A stretch of 64,000 nt of DNA from a virus (lineage: Duplodnaviria; Caudoviricetes). The DNA lies in the IMG/VR virus record IMGVR_UViG_3300021400_000885, positions 39,910 through 103,909 of that record. One strand, 5' to 3'. A program made the translations under genes and the position numbers. Shown here in pieces: positions 39,614-49,375 of this stretch (the first letter of the stretch is position 1; every line of letters starts with the position of its first letter). The notes under the pieces are model-generated. The model saw only the letters and a list, made by a program, of their open reading frames with translations, searched no databases and was not told the origin of the DNA.

Positions 39614-40357
39614 TTAAATATTGTTAAATTTAACATTAAGAGTAGTACTCTTTGCTTTTTCTAAATCAATACCTGGATTTCTTGGATTGTTTATTATCCT
39701 ATGTTGTATTATAGTAATTGGCAGTTCATACTTCTCAGTTTCTGAGTTATAAGTAATACCAGCAACATCTGCAATATTTCCTGTAACTCTGATAGACATT
39801 CTTAGCCTTTTTACTTTGGCTACTTCAGGTGTAAAAGTCTCTTGGACAACACTTATATGTACTTTTTCAGAATCAGAGGTTTCTACTCTTGGTAGAATGA
39901 CAAATCGTTGGGTAATATCTGTATTCAACTCTTCGTATGAATATAGGTACACTGTAGATGTGCCATTTACCAGACTTCCTAAGTCTTTTTGCTCTATTCT
40001 TTTTAGATAGTAATCATATTCTCCTCTAAAAGGAATAGTGAAACTATCTCTGACAGTACTGCCCTCAGTATTAATGTATTCATACCAAATACGTAGTGCT
40101 TGGTTTTTTAAATCTTCTGAGGATTCCCAAAGTATGTCTTTTATTGGTTTATAAGTAATTGTTACCTTAGTTCCAAATTGACCCTCATTAGTAAAAGTAT
40201 TCACAAGAAAGTTTTCTTTATTTGAGTATACTTTTACTATGTTTAATTTAGTTTTTACACCATTGTCTTCTACATTACTAAAAATTGTAAATGCAGTAGA
40301 CCCCCCAGTGTTTGAAAGGTAAGCGTCTGTTAGTTTTGTTGAAAATTCGTAAACCAT
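39614..40357 (-). CDS. Hypothetical beta-rich (Ig/BACON-like) protein
   Basis: Beta-strand pattern; paralogous to its neighbour. Confidence 0.55.
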   Translation of the reverse strand: MVYEFSTKLTDAYLSNTGGSTAFTIFSNVEDNGVKTKLNIVKVYSNKENFLVNTFTNEGQFGTKVTITYKPIKDILWESSEDLKNQALRIWYEYINTEGSTVRDSFTIPFRGEYDYYLKRIEQKDLGSLVNGTSTVYLYSYEELNTDITQRFVILPRVETSDSEKVHISVVQETFTPEVAKVKRLRMSIRVTGNIADVAGITYNSETEKYELPITIIQHRIINNPRNPGIDLEKAKSTTLNVKFNNI

Positions 40358-40374
40358 AGTTCTTTGCCTTTAAA

Positions 40375-42771
40375 TTATTCTCCAGAGCCACTTTGATTAT
40401 CTCCCTCTTCTGGTGCTTCATATACAACAGTAGAAGCTCTGTATGTTCTATATGACCCATCAATTCCTTTGTACTGAATTATTACTACAACAGTATTTGG
40501 TTCAGGTTGTATATGTACAGTCTCTCCATCAATGACAGTATCATATCCTAAATTCGCAGAGCTTTGGGCCTGAGGAACAAACACACATTCAGCTTTATAT
40601 GTGTATAATACTTGGTCAATATTAGAGTACTTTTCAAGACTATTAACTGTGAAATCATCTGGTTGTTCTGCGTATACATTCATAATTTCACAGTCTGTAT
40701 CATATATAGTACCACTACCATCAGAAGCAAAGATATTTAGATATAAATTAGATGTTCCCCCCGCATAAGAAACTTTGTCTGCATACCAACTTAACCTATA
40801 ATTAATATTTGAAGGAATAGTAGCAAGTGTCCAATTTAAGTCTAATCCTGCAGAGGTTAAGTTTATAAATCCAGTATTTCCAGAAGAATCTGTTAGGTCT
40901 CCTCTCTTTTCAAAGTACCCTTGCTTTTGAGCAACAAGTTTATGAAGTCCCTCTTCAAGAGTTACATCTATGCTGCCATATCCCATCTTAACATTGTCTA
41001 GCCAAATTTCAGCATTTGCTGGAGTTACTGTTAATTTAAGATGTGCAGGATTTTCGAGTAATGGCTGCATTATCAAAGAGTACCTGTTAGTGTTACTAGT
41101 TAACTCTTTTGCTGGATAGTCTTCAAACCCTTCTGCAGTAGCCCTGACAACATCTCCAGCACTTCCAGAAGTCTTTATTTTTACAACTGCAGTAGCAATT
41201 CCAGAAGTACTAATTAACATATCATTAACATAGATATATCCGTTACTTATAATAGCATTATTGTTTTTATTGTAACAAGATATTTCCATTATGTCATACC
41301 CCTCAGGCAATTGTACTGCACCGTCCTTATAGTAATTATAACCATAAGCAGTAATTTGAGTGCTTCCTAAATCTTTGCCTGTTATAGAATCCTGTAATGT
41401 GAATGCCCCAGTTCCATAATCTGGTTCTGTTCTAGGGTTATTTGCTATAACATCAGAGCAAGTAACATGGAAAGTATACTGTCCGGGCTCATAAAGGTCT
41501 CCTACACTGACAGTATTATTATTAGCATCTTTAATTGTTATCGCAGGCTTATTAGCACTAAGGTCTAAGAATTGTGGAACACTTACCACTCTAAATGGTG
41601 CTGCAGAATATACTGTAATATCTGCACCATTTATGTAGTTATCATCTTTAACATAATCCTCTTCTGTCTCATCATAGTTGTAATCAAAAATGATGCTTGA
41701 GGTCATTGAGAATGGAATTCTTTTATAGTGGCTTGAATATATTTTTCCAACCCACGAAAGAGCTGCCCAAGAGTAAGTATCTAATTTTGTTGTTTGAAAA
41801 ATTGAATACACACTTGTACTAGATGTAAGTGCAAGTCTTTCTGCAAAAGTGCTTGCATCATCATCATATCGTGGAAAACTTGTGCTAGTATGGTCATAAG
41901 AGCCTCTTACTTTTGTTGGGCCTCCAGTTTTATCTATAAGAGTAGATACAAATGCAACCCTACTTCCTATAGGTATATTAGGGAATTTAAGCTGCATCCA
42001 TATTGAAAACATTAAGGGGTTATCAATTCCTGCTACAACCATACCATTTACAGCATCTTGTGCAGTATAATTTACACCTTCATAAGTAATCCTTCCAACA
42101 TTATTAAGGTCTATAATAAAGAATCCAGTATCCCCAACTAAACTGCCTTCACTATTAAATATAGCTCCTGGAATTGGCGTATACCCCTGACCATAAGATA
42201 TCCTTAATTGCCCATTACTGTCAACATCAAGCTTTAAATTAGATAAAGGTTTTACTCCATCAGCATCTCTTGCACCAACTATGGTAGTATAGTTGACACC
42301 ATCATATGCCATTTTTATATCTCCATTCTCTATTTTAAGTTTAATGTTAGATAAATCTACATTACTCGTTGGAATGGTCAATCCTGTAGGTTGCCAGTCA
42401 GGAGATGCCGCAGTTTTATCTGCAGTATATTCAAGAGTAGTAACTCCATCAACAGTATTTGCTCTAAATCCTAGTTTACTTAAATCTATGGTAGATTCCT
42501 TCTGCTTTTTCTCTACATAGTTCCAGTTTCCATCTTGAGTAAACCAGTACTCAACTGGTTTAGTAGTTCCATTGACAGACTCTAAAAGGCAGAAAGTAAA
42601 CCCTTTTGGTATATTTGCATCATTATTGAATTCTGCTCTTATAGCAGTTTTTGCTGCATCAAGATTTTCATAAGGACCATATGCAACTTCTACAGAAGGT
42701 TTGAACTTCTGAGGAAATGTTCCCTTATCAAATAAGGCTAATGGTCCTTGTACAGAAATGTATGAACTCAT
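40375..42771 (-). CDS. Putative fibre/adhesin with a PEGA-like domain
   Basis: YGPY...VEYWF N-terminal motif, repeated LS.(L/I).(L/F) units, VTPANAEIWLD...GLHKLVAQKQGY. Confidence 0.6.
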   Translation of the reverse strand: MSSYISVQGPLALFDKGTFPQKFKPSVEVAYGPYENLDAAKTAIRAEFNNDANIPKGFTFCLLESVNGTTKPVEYWFTQDGNWNYVEKKQKESTIDLSKLGFRANTVDGVTTLEYTADKTAASPDWQPTGLTIPTSNVDLSNIKLKIENGDIKMAYDGVNYTTIVGARDADGVKPLSNLKLDVDSNGQLRISYGQGYTPIPGAIFNSEGSLVGDTGFFIIDLNNVGRITYEGVNYTAQDAVNGMVVAGIDNPLMFSIWMQLKFPNIPIGSRVAFVSTLIDKTGGPTKVRGSYDHTSTSFPRYDDDASTFAERLALTSSTSVYSIFQTTKLDTYSWAALSWVGKIYSSHYKRIPFSMTSSIIFDYNYDETEEDYVKDDNYINGADITVYSAAPFRVVSVPQFLDLSANKPAITIKDANNNTVSVGDLYEPGQYTFHVTCSDVIANNPRTEPDYGTGAFTLQDSITGKDLGSTQITAYGYNYYKDGAVQLPEGYDIMEISCYNKNNNAIISNGYIYVNDMLISTSGIATAVVKIKTSGSAGDVVRATAEGFEDYPAKELTSNTNRYSLIMQPLLENPAHLKLTVTPANAEIWLDNVKMGYGSIDVTLEEGLHKLVAQKQGYFEKRGDLTDSSGNTGFINLTSAGLDLNWTLATIPSNINYRLSWYADKVSYAGGTSNLYLNIFASDGSGTIYDTDCEIMNVYAEQPDDFTVNSLEKYSNIDQVLYTYKAECVFVPQAQSSANLGYDTVIDGETVHIQPEPNTVVVIIQYKGIDGSYRTYRASTVVYEAPEEGDNQSGSGE

Positions 42772-43721
42772 CTTATTGTAATTTTATAGTTATTATTAAG
42801 TGGAGCTACAGTACTAATGTAATATAACTTATATTCAAAGTCATCTATAGTCATTTGAATTTGATGGTCAGTGAATATAGTTATATCAATTTCATCATTT
42901 TCAAAATTCTGATTAGCTACTTTAACAAGAGTCTTACTCGTTGGTAATACAATCCAGAAGTGAAGCCCAGTAATTTTATTTGTTGTAGCAGATGTTGAAC
43001 TTAAAGCTACTTTTGAAGAGAGCCTTTTTACTGTAGTACTTGATGGGAGAGTATCTCCAAATCCATAATACCAATAGTCAGGAGTAGCCACTTTCTCTGT
43101 AACAAATATAGTATAAGTAACTGGTTTTGCAGTAGAATAAGATACTGTTACAGTAGGTTCTCCTACTTTAGAAGTATCATATCCAGTAACGCTGTATTCT
43201 CCACTACTTAAAATTTTTGTAGAGCCGTCAGAGTAATGAGCAGTAACTGTTCCTCCAAACTCAAAGATGTCTCCAACATTGAAGGATAGTCTTTGCCCAG
43301 AAACTGTAATATGTGTTAAAGTTTTTTCACTTGGAGTAGGGTCATCTGGGTCAATAGGAGTATCACCACCACCATCTTCATCAGGACATATGTTCTCCTC
43401 AACAGTCTCATCAGTGCCTCCATCATCATAAGTCAACTCAGTAAAGCAGTTTCCAAGATATTTACCCCATATCCTTTTATCTTCATCAGACATATAAGGA
43501 TAGAGTAATCCATTTGGATTGAGAATGTCTTTAATGAGTTTAAGTAAGCACATCCTGTGTAATGTATTGACTTTAATAGTTCCACAGGACACTTTCAAGA
43601 TATTGAAATAACTATTCAACATCTTGACAATTCTAACGTCTGATTTCTTTATTCCCTTAGGAAATACAGTTGGTATATAATCAGACACTGTTGGATTAGC
43701 TATTGCTGCCATTACATCCAC
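42768..43721 (-). CDS. Tail hub protein B-like (gp39) with C-terminal bacterial Ig-like extension
   Basis: Synteny; FNVGD.F...GTVTAHYSDG...VTGYDTSKVG...VTVSY (Big_3-type). Confidence 0.6.
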   Translation of the reverse strand: MDVMAAIANPTVSDYIPTVFPKGIKKSDVRIVKMLNSYFNILKVSCGTIKVNTLHRMCLLKLIKDILNPNGLLYPYMSDEDKRIWGKYLGNCFTELTYDDGGTDETVEENICPDEDGGGDTPIDPDDPTPSEKTLTHITVSGQRLSFNVGDIFEFGGTVTAHYSDGSTKILSSGEYSVTGYDTSKVGEPTVTVSYSTAKPVTYTIFVTEKVATPDYWYYGFGDTLPSSTTVKRLSSKVALSSTSATTNKITGLHFWIVLPTSKTLVKVANQNFENDEIDITIFTDHQIQMTIDDFEYKLYYISTVAPLNNNYKITIR

Positions 43722-44292
43722 AAGGTTTATATGTTGGAGCTTTTCTCTTCTTTCCAGAACATCTCATCAATACTTTATATGCATCAAATGCAGTCTCCCA
43801 ATCCATAATCTCAAGAGCTGTAGATAACCTAAAGTACTGTAAAGCAAAGTTAGCAAAATTTGCATCAACTGCACAATCTTCACCAACACAACCACAACCC
43901 TTTGTACACTTTACATATTTCAGTGCTTGCTGATATACTCCATACATATTTGCAACAGCATAAGGCTCATATTCCTTATCCCATCCACAAGGAGTATCAG
44001 ATGCAGGAGTACCTGCCATATGTACATATATAAAGAGCATTTTAGGATTATTGCAGTTTGTATATTCAGATACATCAATAATACCATCAGCTCCTGCAAT
44101 TCTAGTTGGATTGTTTGAGAAAGTTTTTAATTTAACTGCTTTAGTACTTGGCCCAGATGCACACACAGTATCCTGAGTGTCCATTAAAATTTCAGAGATA
44201 TAACACCCAGTAAAGTAATCATAATCTGGAATTTGAGCATCTATGTAAATAGTATGGTCGTCTAAAAAATTTACTTTATTGAATTGTATCAT
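43696..44292 (-). CDS. Tail hub protein A (gp38-like)
   Basis: MIQFN...DTQDT...GPS, GTPASDTPCG, C-terminal CGC. Confidence 0.75.
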   Translation of the reverse strand: MIQFNKVNFLDDHTIYIDAQIPDYDYFTGCYISEILMDTQDTVCASGPSTKAVKLKTFSNNPTRIAGADGIIDVSEYTNCNNPKMLFIYVHMAGTPASDTPCGWDKEYEPYAVANMYGVYQQALKYVKCTKGCGCVGEDCAVDANFANFALQYFRLSTALEIMDWETAFDAYKVLMRCSGKKRKAPTYKPCGCNGSNS

Positions 44293-44303
44293 ATCTATAA
44301 ATT

Positions 44304-44336
44304 TAAAAAAGGGCTGGGGTATTTGCCCCAACCCCT
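44304..44336 (-). terminator. Intrinsic terminator after the auxiliary capsid gene
   Basis: GGGTTGGGG-caaata-CCCCAGCCC-TTTTTT on the - strand. Confidence 0.85.
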
Positions 44337-44358
44337 GTGATTACTCATTAGGCATTAA

Positions 44359-45318
44359 TTAGGAAGTCTTTCTTGCAACAAATCCTTCATTATTAACCAG
44401 CTTGTTAGTGCCAATTAACGTTGTTATGGCAGAAAGAACTGTAGCAGAGTTTGCCGTTGCAACAACAAGGGTAATTTCCTTTTCAGACTGTTGAACAGAA
44501 ACACCAGTACCTTGGAAGTAATAATGAATGTCAATTACATCATAAGTTGCAGTAGGGTCAACCATTAACTTGGAAGGAACATCATTAGGATATCCCATAC
44601 CTCTGTACTGGTCAGCTCTGTTACCCATGCAGAACCACTCAAGGTCAGCAATCTTCTTACCAGAGTTGCTCAGTGTGGTAGGAGTTCCCTTAGTGATTGT
44701 AGCCCAGCTATAATTGATGTAATCATCGTTAGAAACAATACCATTGAGACTGACCTCAATAGGCATTTGAGCTACACTAAACTTACCAAGCTCCCAATAC
44801 TGCTCAACCTCTTTGATTGTAATGGCAGCACCACTCACTTCAACAGTTGCAATGGGCTCTTTATACTTGGTGATGTCACTTGGAGTGGCACCCTTCTCAA
44901 GACCAAGAGTTGTCTGCAGAGAAGCTGCAAGACCTGCAGCAATTGCAGCAGCATCATCACCAGTCTTAGCTCTATATGTACCAAGACGATAAGTGAAATC
45001 TTGAGCACCCTGACCAATGTAATTCAGGAAGCGAAGTTTAATTTCATAAATCTGACCTGCGGAGACCTCTGTGACAGTAACAACATGAGTCTTAAGTTTA
45101 TCATTCATCTGAGAAGCTGGAGTAAGCTTCACATAACGAATCTTTTCAACATCAATCTTGTCCGAAGAGGTAAGTCCGCCCTGTCCAAAATGCTTAAAGT
45201 AGAGAGACTTACCAGTCTCACCAAGGACTTGAAGTTGTCCTAATGTTGCAGGAGTAGCATTTGCTTTTTCACTAACAACATAAATGTGTCTTACTTGATT
45301 AGCTAAAGGAAGTGACAT
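44359..45318 (-). CDS. Auxiliary capsid protein (gp36-like)
   Basis: NQVRHIYV, IADLEWFCMGNRADQYR.MGYP, VQQSEKEIT. Confidence 0.8.
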   Translation of the reverse strand: MSLPLANQVRHIYVVSEKANATPATLGQLQVLGETGKSLYFKHFGQGGLTSSDKIDVEKIRYVKLTPASQMNDKLKTHVVTVTEVSAGQIYEIKLRFLNYIGQGAQDFTYRLGTYRAKTGDDAAAIAAGLAASLQTTLGLEKGATPSDITKYKEPIATVEVSGAAITIKEVEQYWELGKFSVAQMPIEVSLNGIVSNDDYINYSWATITKGTPTTLSNSGKKIADLEWFCMGNRADQYRGMGYPNDVPSKLMVDPTATYDVIDIHYYFQGTGVSVQQSEKEITLVVATANSATVLSAITTLIGTNKLVNNEGFVARKTS

Positions 45319-45340
45319 ATACTTACTCTGTTAAATTAAT

Positions 45341-46099
45341 TTACTGTCTGCTTTTCTCTTGTCTTGTCAGATTAATCAGCTTTGTTTGAATGGCTCTTTT
45401 TACAGCTCCTTCAAGTATTTGTGTATGCACAAATGAAGGAAGGACACATTCAGTTCTTTCTGATACACCTTCAATAGACAATCCGTCTGGCAAATCAGTT
45501 AGTATTATAGGTTTTGGTTCTTCTACATATCTCAGTAGATATGAACCGATGGGGTAGTCTGAAATTAATTCTACCAAATTCTTACTGGTATTGAGTCTTA
45601 AAACTCTTTTCCCAGAAGTCCCTCTAAAAGGATTTTGCAATCTGTGCCAAAGCTCATCATGAGTTGCTGGTACAACTAAAGCAGTTTGGCCATTCTTGCA
45701 TCCGCTAAGGTACGAAGAAAATTTTACTTCTTCAAATACGATATAAAGAAGGTTATCTGGTATTCTAAAGAATGTTTTTGTCTTACTGTCAAGAACATGT
45801 AACTCAGAACTTAATCCAGAAGCTTCTTCAACTTGGTCTGAGGAGTTATATACCAAAGTTCTTACTAGTACATCAAGAGCTTCACGTATCTCTTCTTTCT
45901 CCTCGAAGGAGAAGTCTGAGGGATTCTTTCCAGAGTAATATGAGTATACAAAATCTTTCTGCTCTTCAGTTAAGAACAATGATTTTTCATACTCATCAAC
46001 AACAAGATTTAACCGTGATGCATTATCTCCAAATTCAGCTTCAGAAGCATAGGAATTTAGGAGCACATCAAACTTATCGCTAAATTCATAAGTATTCAT
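45341..46099 (-). CDS. Tail ring protein 3 (gp35-like)
   Basis: EFS..FDVL, DEYEKS.FLT, NPF, PKPIIL, H..ILE.AV. Confidence 0.75.
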   Translation of the reverse strand: MNTYEFSDKFDVLLNSYASEAEFGDNASRLNLVVDEYEKSLFLTEEQKDFVYSYYSGKNPSDFSFEEKEEIREALDVLVRTLVYNSSDQVEEASGLSSELHVLDSKTKTFFRIPDNLLYIVFEEVKFSSYLSGCKNGQTALVVPATHDELWHRLQNPFRGTSGKRVLRLNTSKNLVELISDYPIGSYLLRYVEEPKPIILTDLPDGLSIEGVSERTECVLPSFVHTQILEGAVKRAIQTKLINLTRQEKSRQ

Positions 46100-46101
46100 A
46101 A

Positions 46102-46836
46102 TTACTCACTCCTTTTTCCTATGGTTATTTGATTCTGAAGTTGTGCTTGTCCTGATTGGTCTGAAGCATAAGAGGCTTTGGCAAGCTCCACAGCCCTTTG
46201 TAATATCTCTTCATGTATTGAAGGGTCAAGCTCACACTCTGTTACAGCAGATTCTCCTTCAATAGTAAGACCATAACTAGTTAAGTTTGTAAGGATAATG
46301 GGCTTTGGCTTTCTTATAAACCTTAGTTTGTAAGTCAGTTGAAAATTCTTATCCTCTGAACTTGGTATTATCTCAACAGTTTGATTGTTGGTAATCAATC
46401 TCCATACTTGTGATTTTAAAGGTTCTTTATAAGGCTTTTGCATCAGCCTTGTATATTCAGAGAAACTCAGTGGAATTACTTGTTTCATCACAGTTCTTCC
46501 ATTCTTTGTGAAAGAAACACTTTCATTAAGAATACTGAATATACTTTTATTGTCTGGCAGAGAAAAGAGCTTTCCTCTTAAATCATATGGAGTTCCTGAA
46601 GCACTGGCAAGAGTTACAAACTCAGTAACATTCTTTAAATCAATCTGTCTTATTGAAGAATCATCAGCACCTTGGCCATACTTGTTACCAAGTTTATTGA
46701 TGTAGTTCTTCAATATTTCATATTCAGCTTTTGTTAATAACACGGATTTCTCATAAGCATCAATGCCTGGAGCAGCATTGCTGGCAATGTTGTTATACAG
46801 GACATCAAATCTTTCTTCAAACTCGCGTGTATCCAT
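46102..46836 (-). CDS. Tail ring protein 4/5 (gp34-like)
   Basis: FDVLYNNIASNAAPG.D.YEKS, PKPIIL, HEEILQRAVELAK; paralogue of its neighbour. Confidence 0.75.
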   Translation of the reverse strand: MDTREFEERFDVLYNNIASNAAPGIDAYEKSVLLTKAEYEILKNYINKLGNKYGQGADDSSIRQIDLKNVTEFVTLASASGTPYDLRGKLFSLPDNKSIFSILNESVSFTKNGRTVMKQVIPLSFSEYTRLMQKPYKEPLKSQVWRLITNNQTVEIIPSSEDKNFQLTYKLRFIRKPKPIILTNLTSYGLTIEGESAVTECELDPSIHEEILQRAVELAKASYASDQSGQAQLQNQITIGKRSE

Positions 46837-46839
46837 ATA

Positions 46840-47721
46840 TTAAAGCTTCTCTTTATAAGCGTTAACTTTCGTATTAATTGTAAGTTTAAGCTCTTGGTTC
46901 TTTGGAAGATTAAGATAAGCAGCAGCAACACTTAAAGTTGGTTCTCCATTTTCACACAAAGGAGTGTTACCTTCTCTTAAATAAAGCTGACCACCTCTGT
47001 TGGTAATTACTCCAGCTTCAATACCATCCCTTATAAGTACCTTTGTAGAAAGCATCGGGTCTTGTACAATCTTGAGGAAGAGCTTAGTATCACTCTGTAC
47101 ATATCTCTCAACTTTCTCAGCAAGGTCATCAACCTTCATTGATGAGGAAACTGGTCTGCCAGTAATGGTTTCAAGAATCACTCTGAGAACTCCAATGTTA
47201 TCCTCAATCTTACCAAATTCTTTATAAGCTTCCATTGTAGAGCTTATCCTTGCTCTGTTAACCTTGGACTCTTCATTAGAAGCAATTATGACATACTCAT
47301 AAGTTGCTTTAGGTCTATTCTGCAAAGTGTCAAGGTTTGGTGCAATAGCATTTGTATTGGCTAAAAGCACTTTATATTTTATGTAATCCGTAGGTTCACT
47401 TAAATCAAGATAATTATCTTCTTTGTGTAAAGTAACCTTGAAGGATTTCCAGTAATTGTTTTCTACTTTATAAATGGAAAGAGCATTATCTTCAAGTCCA
47501 AGTATGTTCTCAAGAAATGCCTTTTCATCTTTTGTAAGTACATCAACCAATTGACCTGACCTTAGTTGAGGTACAACATAAGTTCTTGTGGCGTTTTCAC
47601 CCATACCACCAGACAATACGTGTTTTGGGTTATTGCCAATCATTGAGTTTTCTTTTGGGATGTGTCTTACAATAACACGTTCATCCCGCAAGCAATTAAT
47701 AAGTTGTTCTGATTTTGCCAT
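46840..47721 (-). CDS. Conserved crAss protein downstream of MCP (gp33-like)
   Basis: LDLS.P.DYIKYKVL motif; synteny. Confidence 0.65.
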   Translation of the reverse strand: MAKSEQLINCLRDERVIVRHIPKENSMIGNNPKHVLSGGMGENATRTYVVPQLRSGQLVDVLTKDEKAFLENILGLEDNALSIYKVENNYWKSFKVTLHKEDNYLDLSEPTDYIKYKVLLANTNAIAPNLDTLQNRPKATYEYVIIASNEESKVNRARISSTMEAYKEFGKIEDNIGVLRVILETITGRPVSSSMKVDDLAEKVERYVQSDTKLFLKIVQDPMLSTKVLIRDGIEAGVITNRGGQLYLREGNTPLCENGEPTLSVAAAYLNLPKNQELKLTINTKVNAYKEKL

Positions 47722-47749
47722 TTTCTTCTCCTTTAATGACGTTTAAAAT

Positions 47750-47780
47750 TAAAAAGGGGCAGGCAGTATTACCTGCCCCA
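47750..47780 (-). terminator. Intrinsic terminator after MCP
   Basis: GGGGCAGG-taatactg-CCTGCCCC-TTTTT on the - strand. Confidence 0.85.
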
Positions 47781-47813
47781 TTTGTGCTATGTTTCAAAAA
47801 CAGCTTTTATACT

Positions 47814-49352
47814 TTACTGAAGAATGGAAGGAATAAGGGATACCATTCTAGTAGGGTCAAATACAATAGCTGCAAGAGTGGTCATTCTATGAACAGTGCA
47901 GGAATCCTCATCATGAGACATATTCATGTTGGAAATTTGTCCAGTGAAAGGATTTCTGAAGCCCCACTCATAACCCCAGAACTCTGGTTTGCCCTTAAGA
48001 GCAGCCTTCTGGATATTAGGTTGGTCTTGCTCACCAATGTACCAAATATCAAATCTGTAAGAGAAAGCAACACCACCTTCCGGATGGTAAATCTTATTTC
48101 TTACCTTGTCATCATAGAAGCTGTCAACATCAAGCTTTACAAATACACCATTAGGAGCCTGCCACTCAGTAATCTGATGGTCAGTGAGTCTAACAGCATT
48201 GTTTGGAGCAAATGCAGCAGTTGTCTTGGTAATTGCAGGAGGATTGCCCTCAGAGTATTGCAGACCAAGAGGAAGCCAACCAGAACCAAGTGCTTGAGCA
48301 GCTCTATTGAAAAGTAAAGCACCACGCTCACCAGTCTTGATGATGAATTTACGGTTTCCATAAGCAATCTTGCCTTCAGAAAGCTCATAAAGGGCATCAA
48401 GAATGTAAGTCATGATGCTGGAGGTATCATTGTAATAAACAACATTACCAGCCTCAGCCTGCTCAAAGATACCAGAACCCATTCTGATAACATTACCAGA
48501 CTTACCAAAGTTCAGATACTCACCATTAGCATTTCTGTTAGAACGACCAAATGCAAGAGCCCTGTTCTTATAACCAGCCCATTCAAGAGCAAGCTGCCAG
48601 TCAACATAGTGCATCCACATATTGTCAACAGACCTGATTTGCTCACCATTCTTGCCTTCCCTAACCATAGGAATACCAAAGGCAAGTTTCTTGTCATACA
48701 TCTTACCAGGAACCTTATGTTGGATACGCAGAGTTGTCCACTCACCACGCATACTAACTGGAGCAGTGAATCTGATGTCACCAACCTTACGGGAAAGTTC
48801 AGTCTCTACAGGAGCAAAGTCAACGGAGAATCTTTCACCATTGAGGAGTCTTCCTGCAGGAACACCCTGAGTATTGCCACCACAAAGCTCTACCTTATAT
48901 ACATAGTTGGTTCCTTCCATCTGAGGGTCTCCAAGGATGCGGAATTGGTATTTCTCATTAAGATTACCAACGATGATTTCACCATCAGCAAACCAAGCTT
49001 CACCAAATACAAGATAGAAAGGAGCTGTACCAGCACCAACATTATCAGCATCATCTTCAACAACAACTAAACCATTCTCATCTCTTGCCTCAACAAGAGG
49101 AATGTTTCTACTTGCAGAAGCAATGACATTCCAGAAGAACTCATCATCAGATTCAAATTCTCTGGTTGGGAACTGAGCAAGGAAAGACTCAAGAGTATTT
49201 CCCATATTGTAAGCTTGCAGTTGGACTATAACATCTGAAGCCTTCTGAGGTTCTTTCTGAAAAAGAGCACCAAGATGGTTTTCAGTTGTCATGCCAGCCC
49301 AGCCCTGAAAGCTTCTCATTTGATACTTGTTTAAAGTAATTTTGCCTGCCAT
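47814..49352 (-). CDS. Major capsid protein
   Basis: ENHLGA.FQ, RNIPLVEARDENG, ELSRKVGD.RF, GFRNPFTG, DPTR..SLIP, matching the crAss001-type MCP as recalled. Confidence 0.93.
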   Translation of the reverse strand: MAGKITLNKYQMRSFQGWAGMTTENHLGALFQKEPQKASDVIVQLQAYNMGNTLESFLAQFPTREFESDDEFFWNVIASASRNIPLVEARDENGLVVVEDDADNVGAGTAPFYLVFGEAWFADGEIIVGNLNEKYQFRILGDPQMEGTNYVYKVELCGGNTQGVPAGRLLNGERFSVDFAPVETELSRKVGDIRFTAPVSMRGEWTTLRIQHKVPGKMYDKKLAFGIPMVREGKNGEQIRSVDNMWMHYVDWQLALEWAGYKNRALAFGRSNRNANGEYLNFGKSGNVIRMGSGIFEQAEAGNVVYYNDTSSIMTYILDALYELSEGKIAYGNRKFIIKTGERGALLFNRAAQALGSGWLPLGLQYSEGNPPAITKTTAAFAPNNAVRLTDHQITEWQAPNGVFVKLDVDSFYDDKVRNKIYHPEGGVAFSYRFDIWYIGEQDQPNIQKAALKGKPEFWGYEWGFRNPFTGQISNMNMSHDEDSCTVHRMTTLAAIVFDPTRMVSLIPSILQ

Positions 49353-49375
49353 AACAGTTTTATTAAATTAACGTA

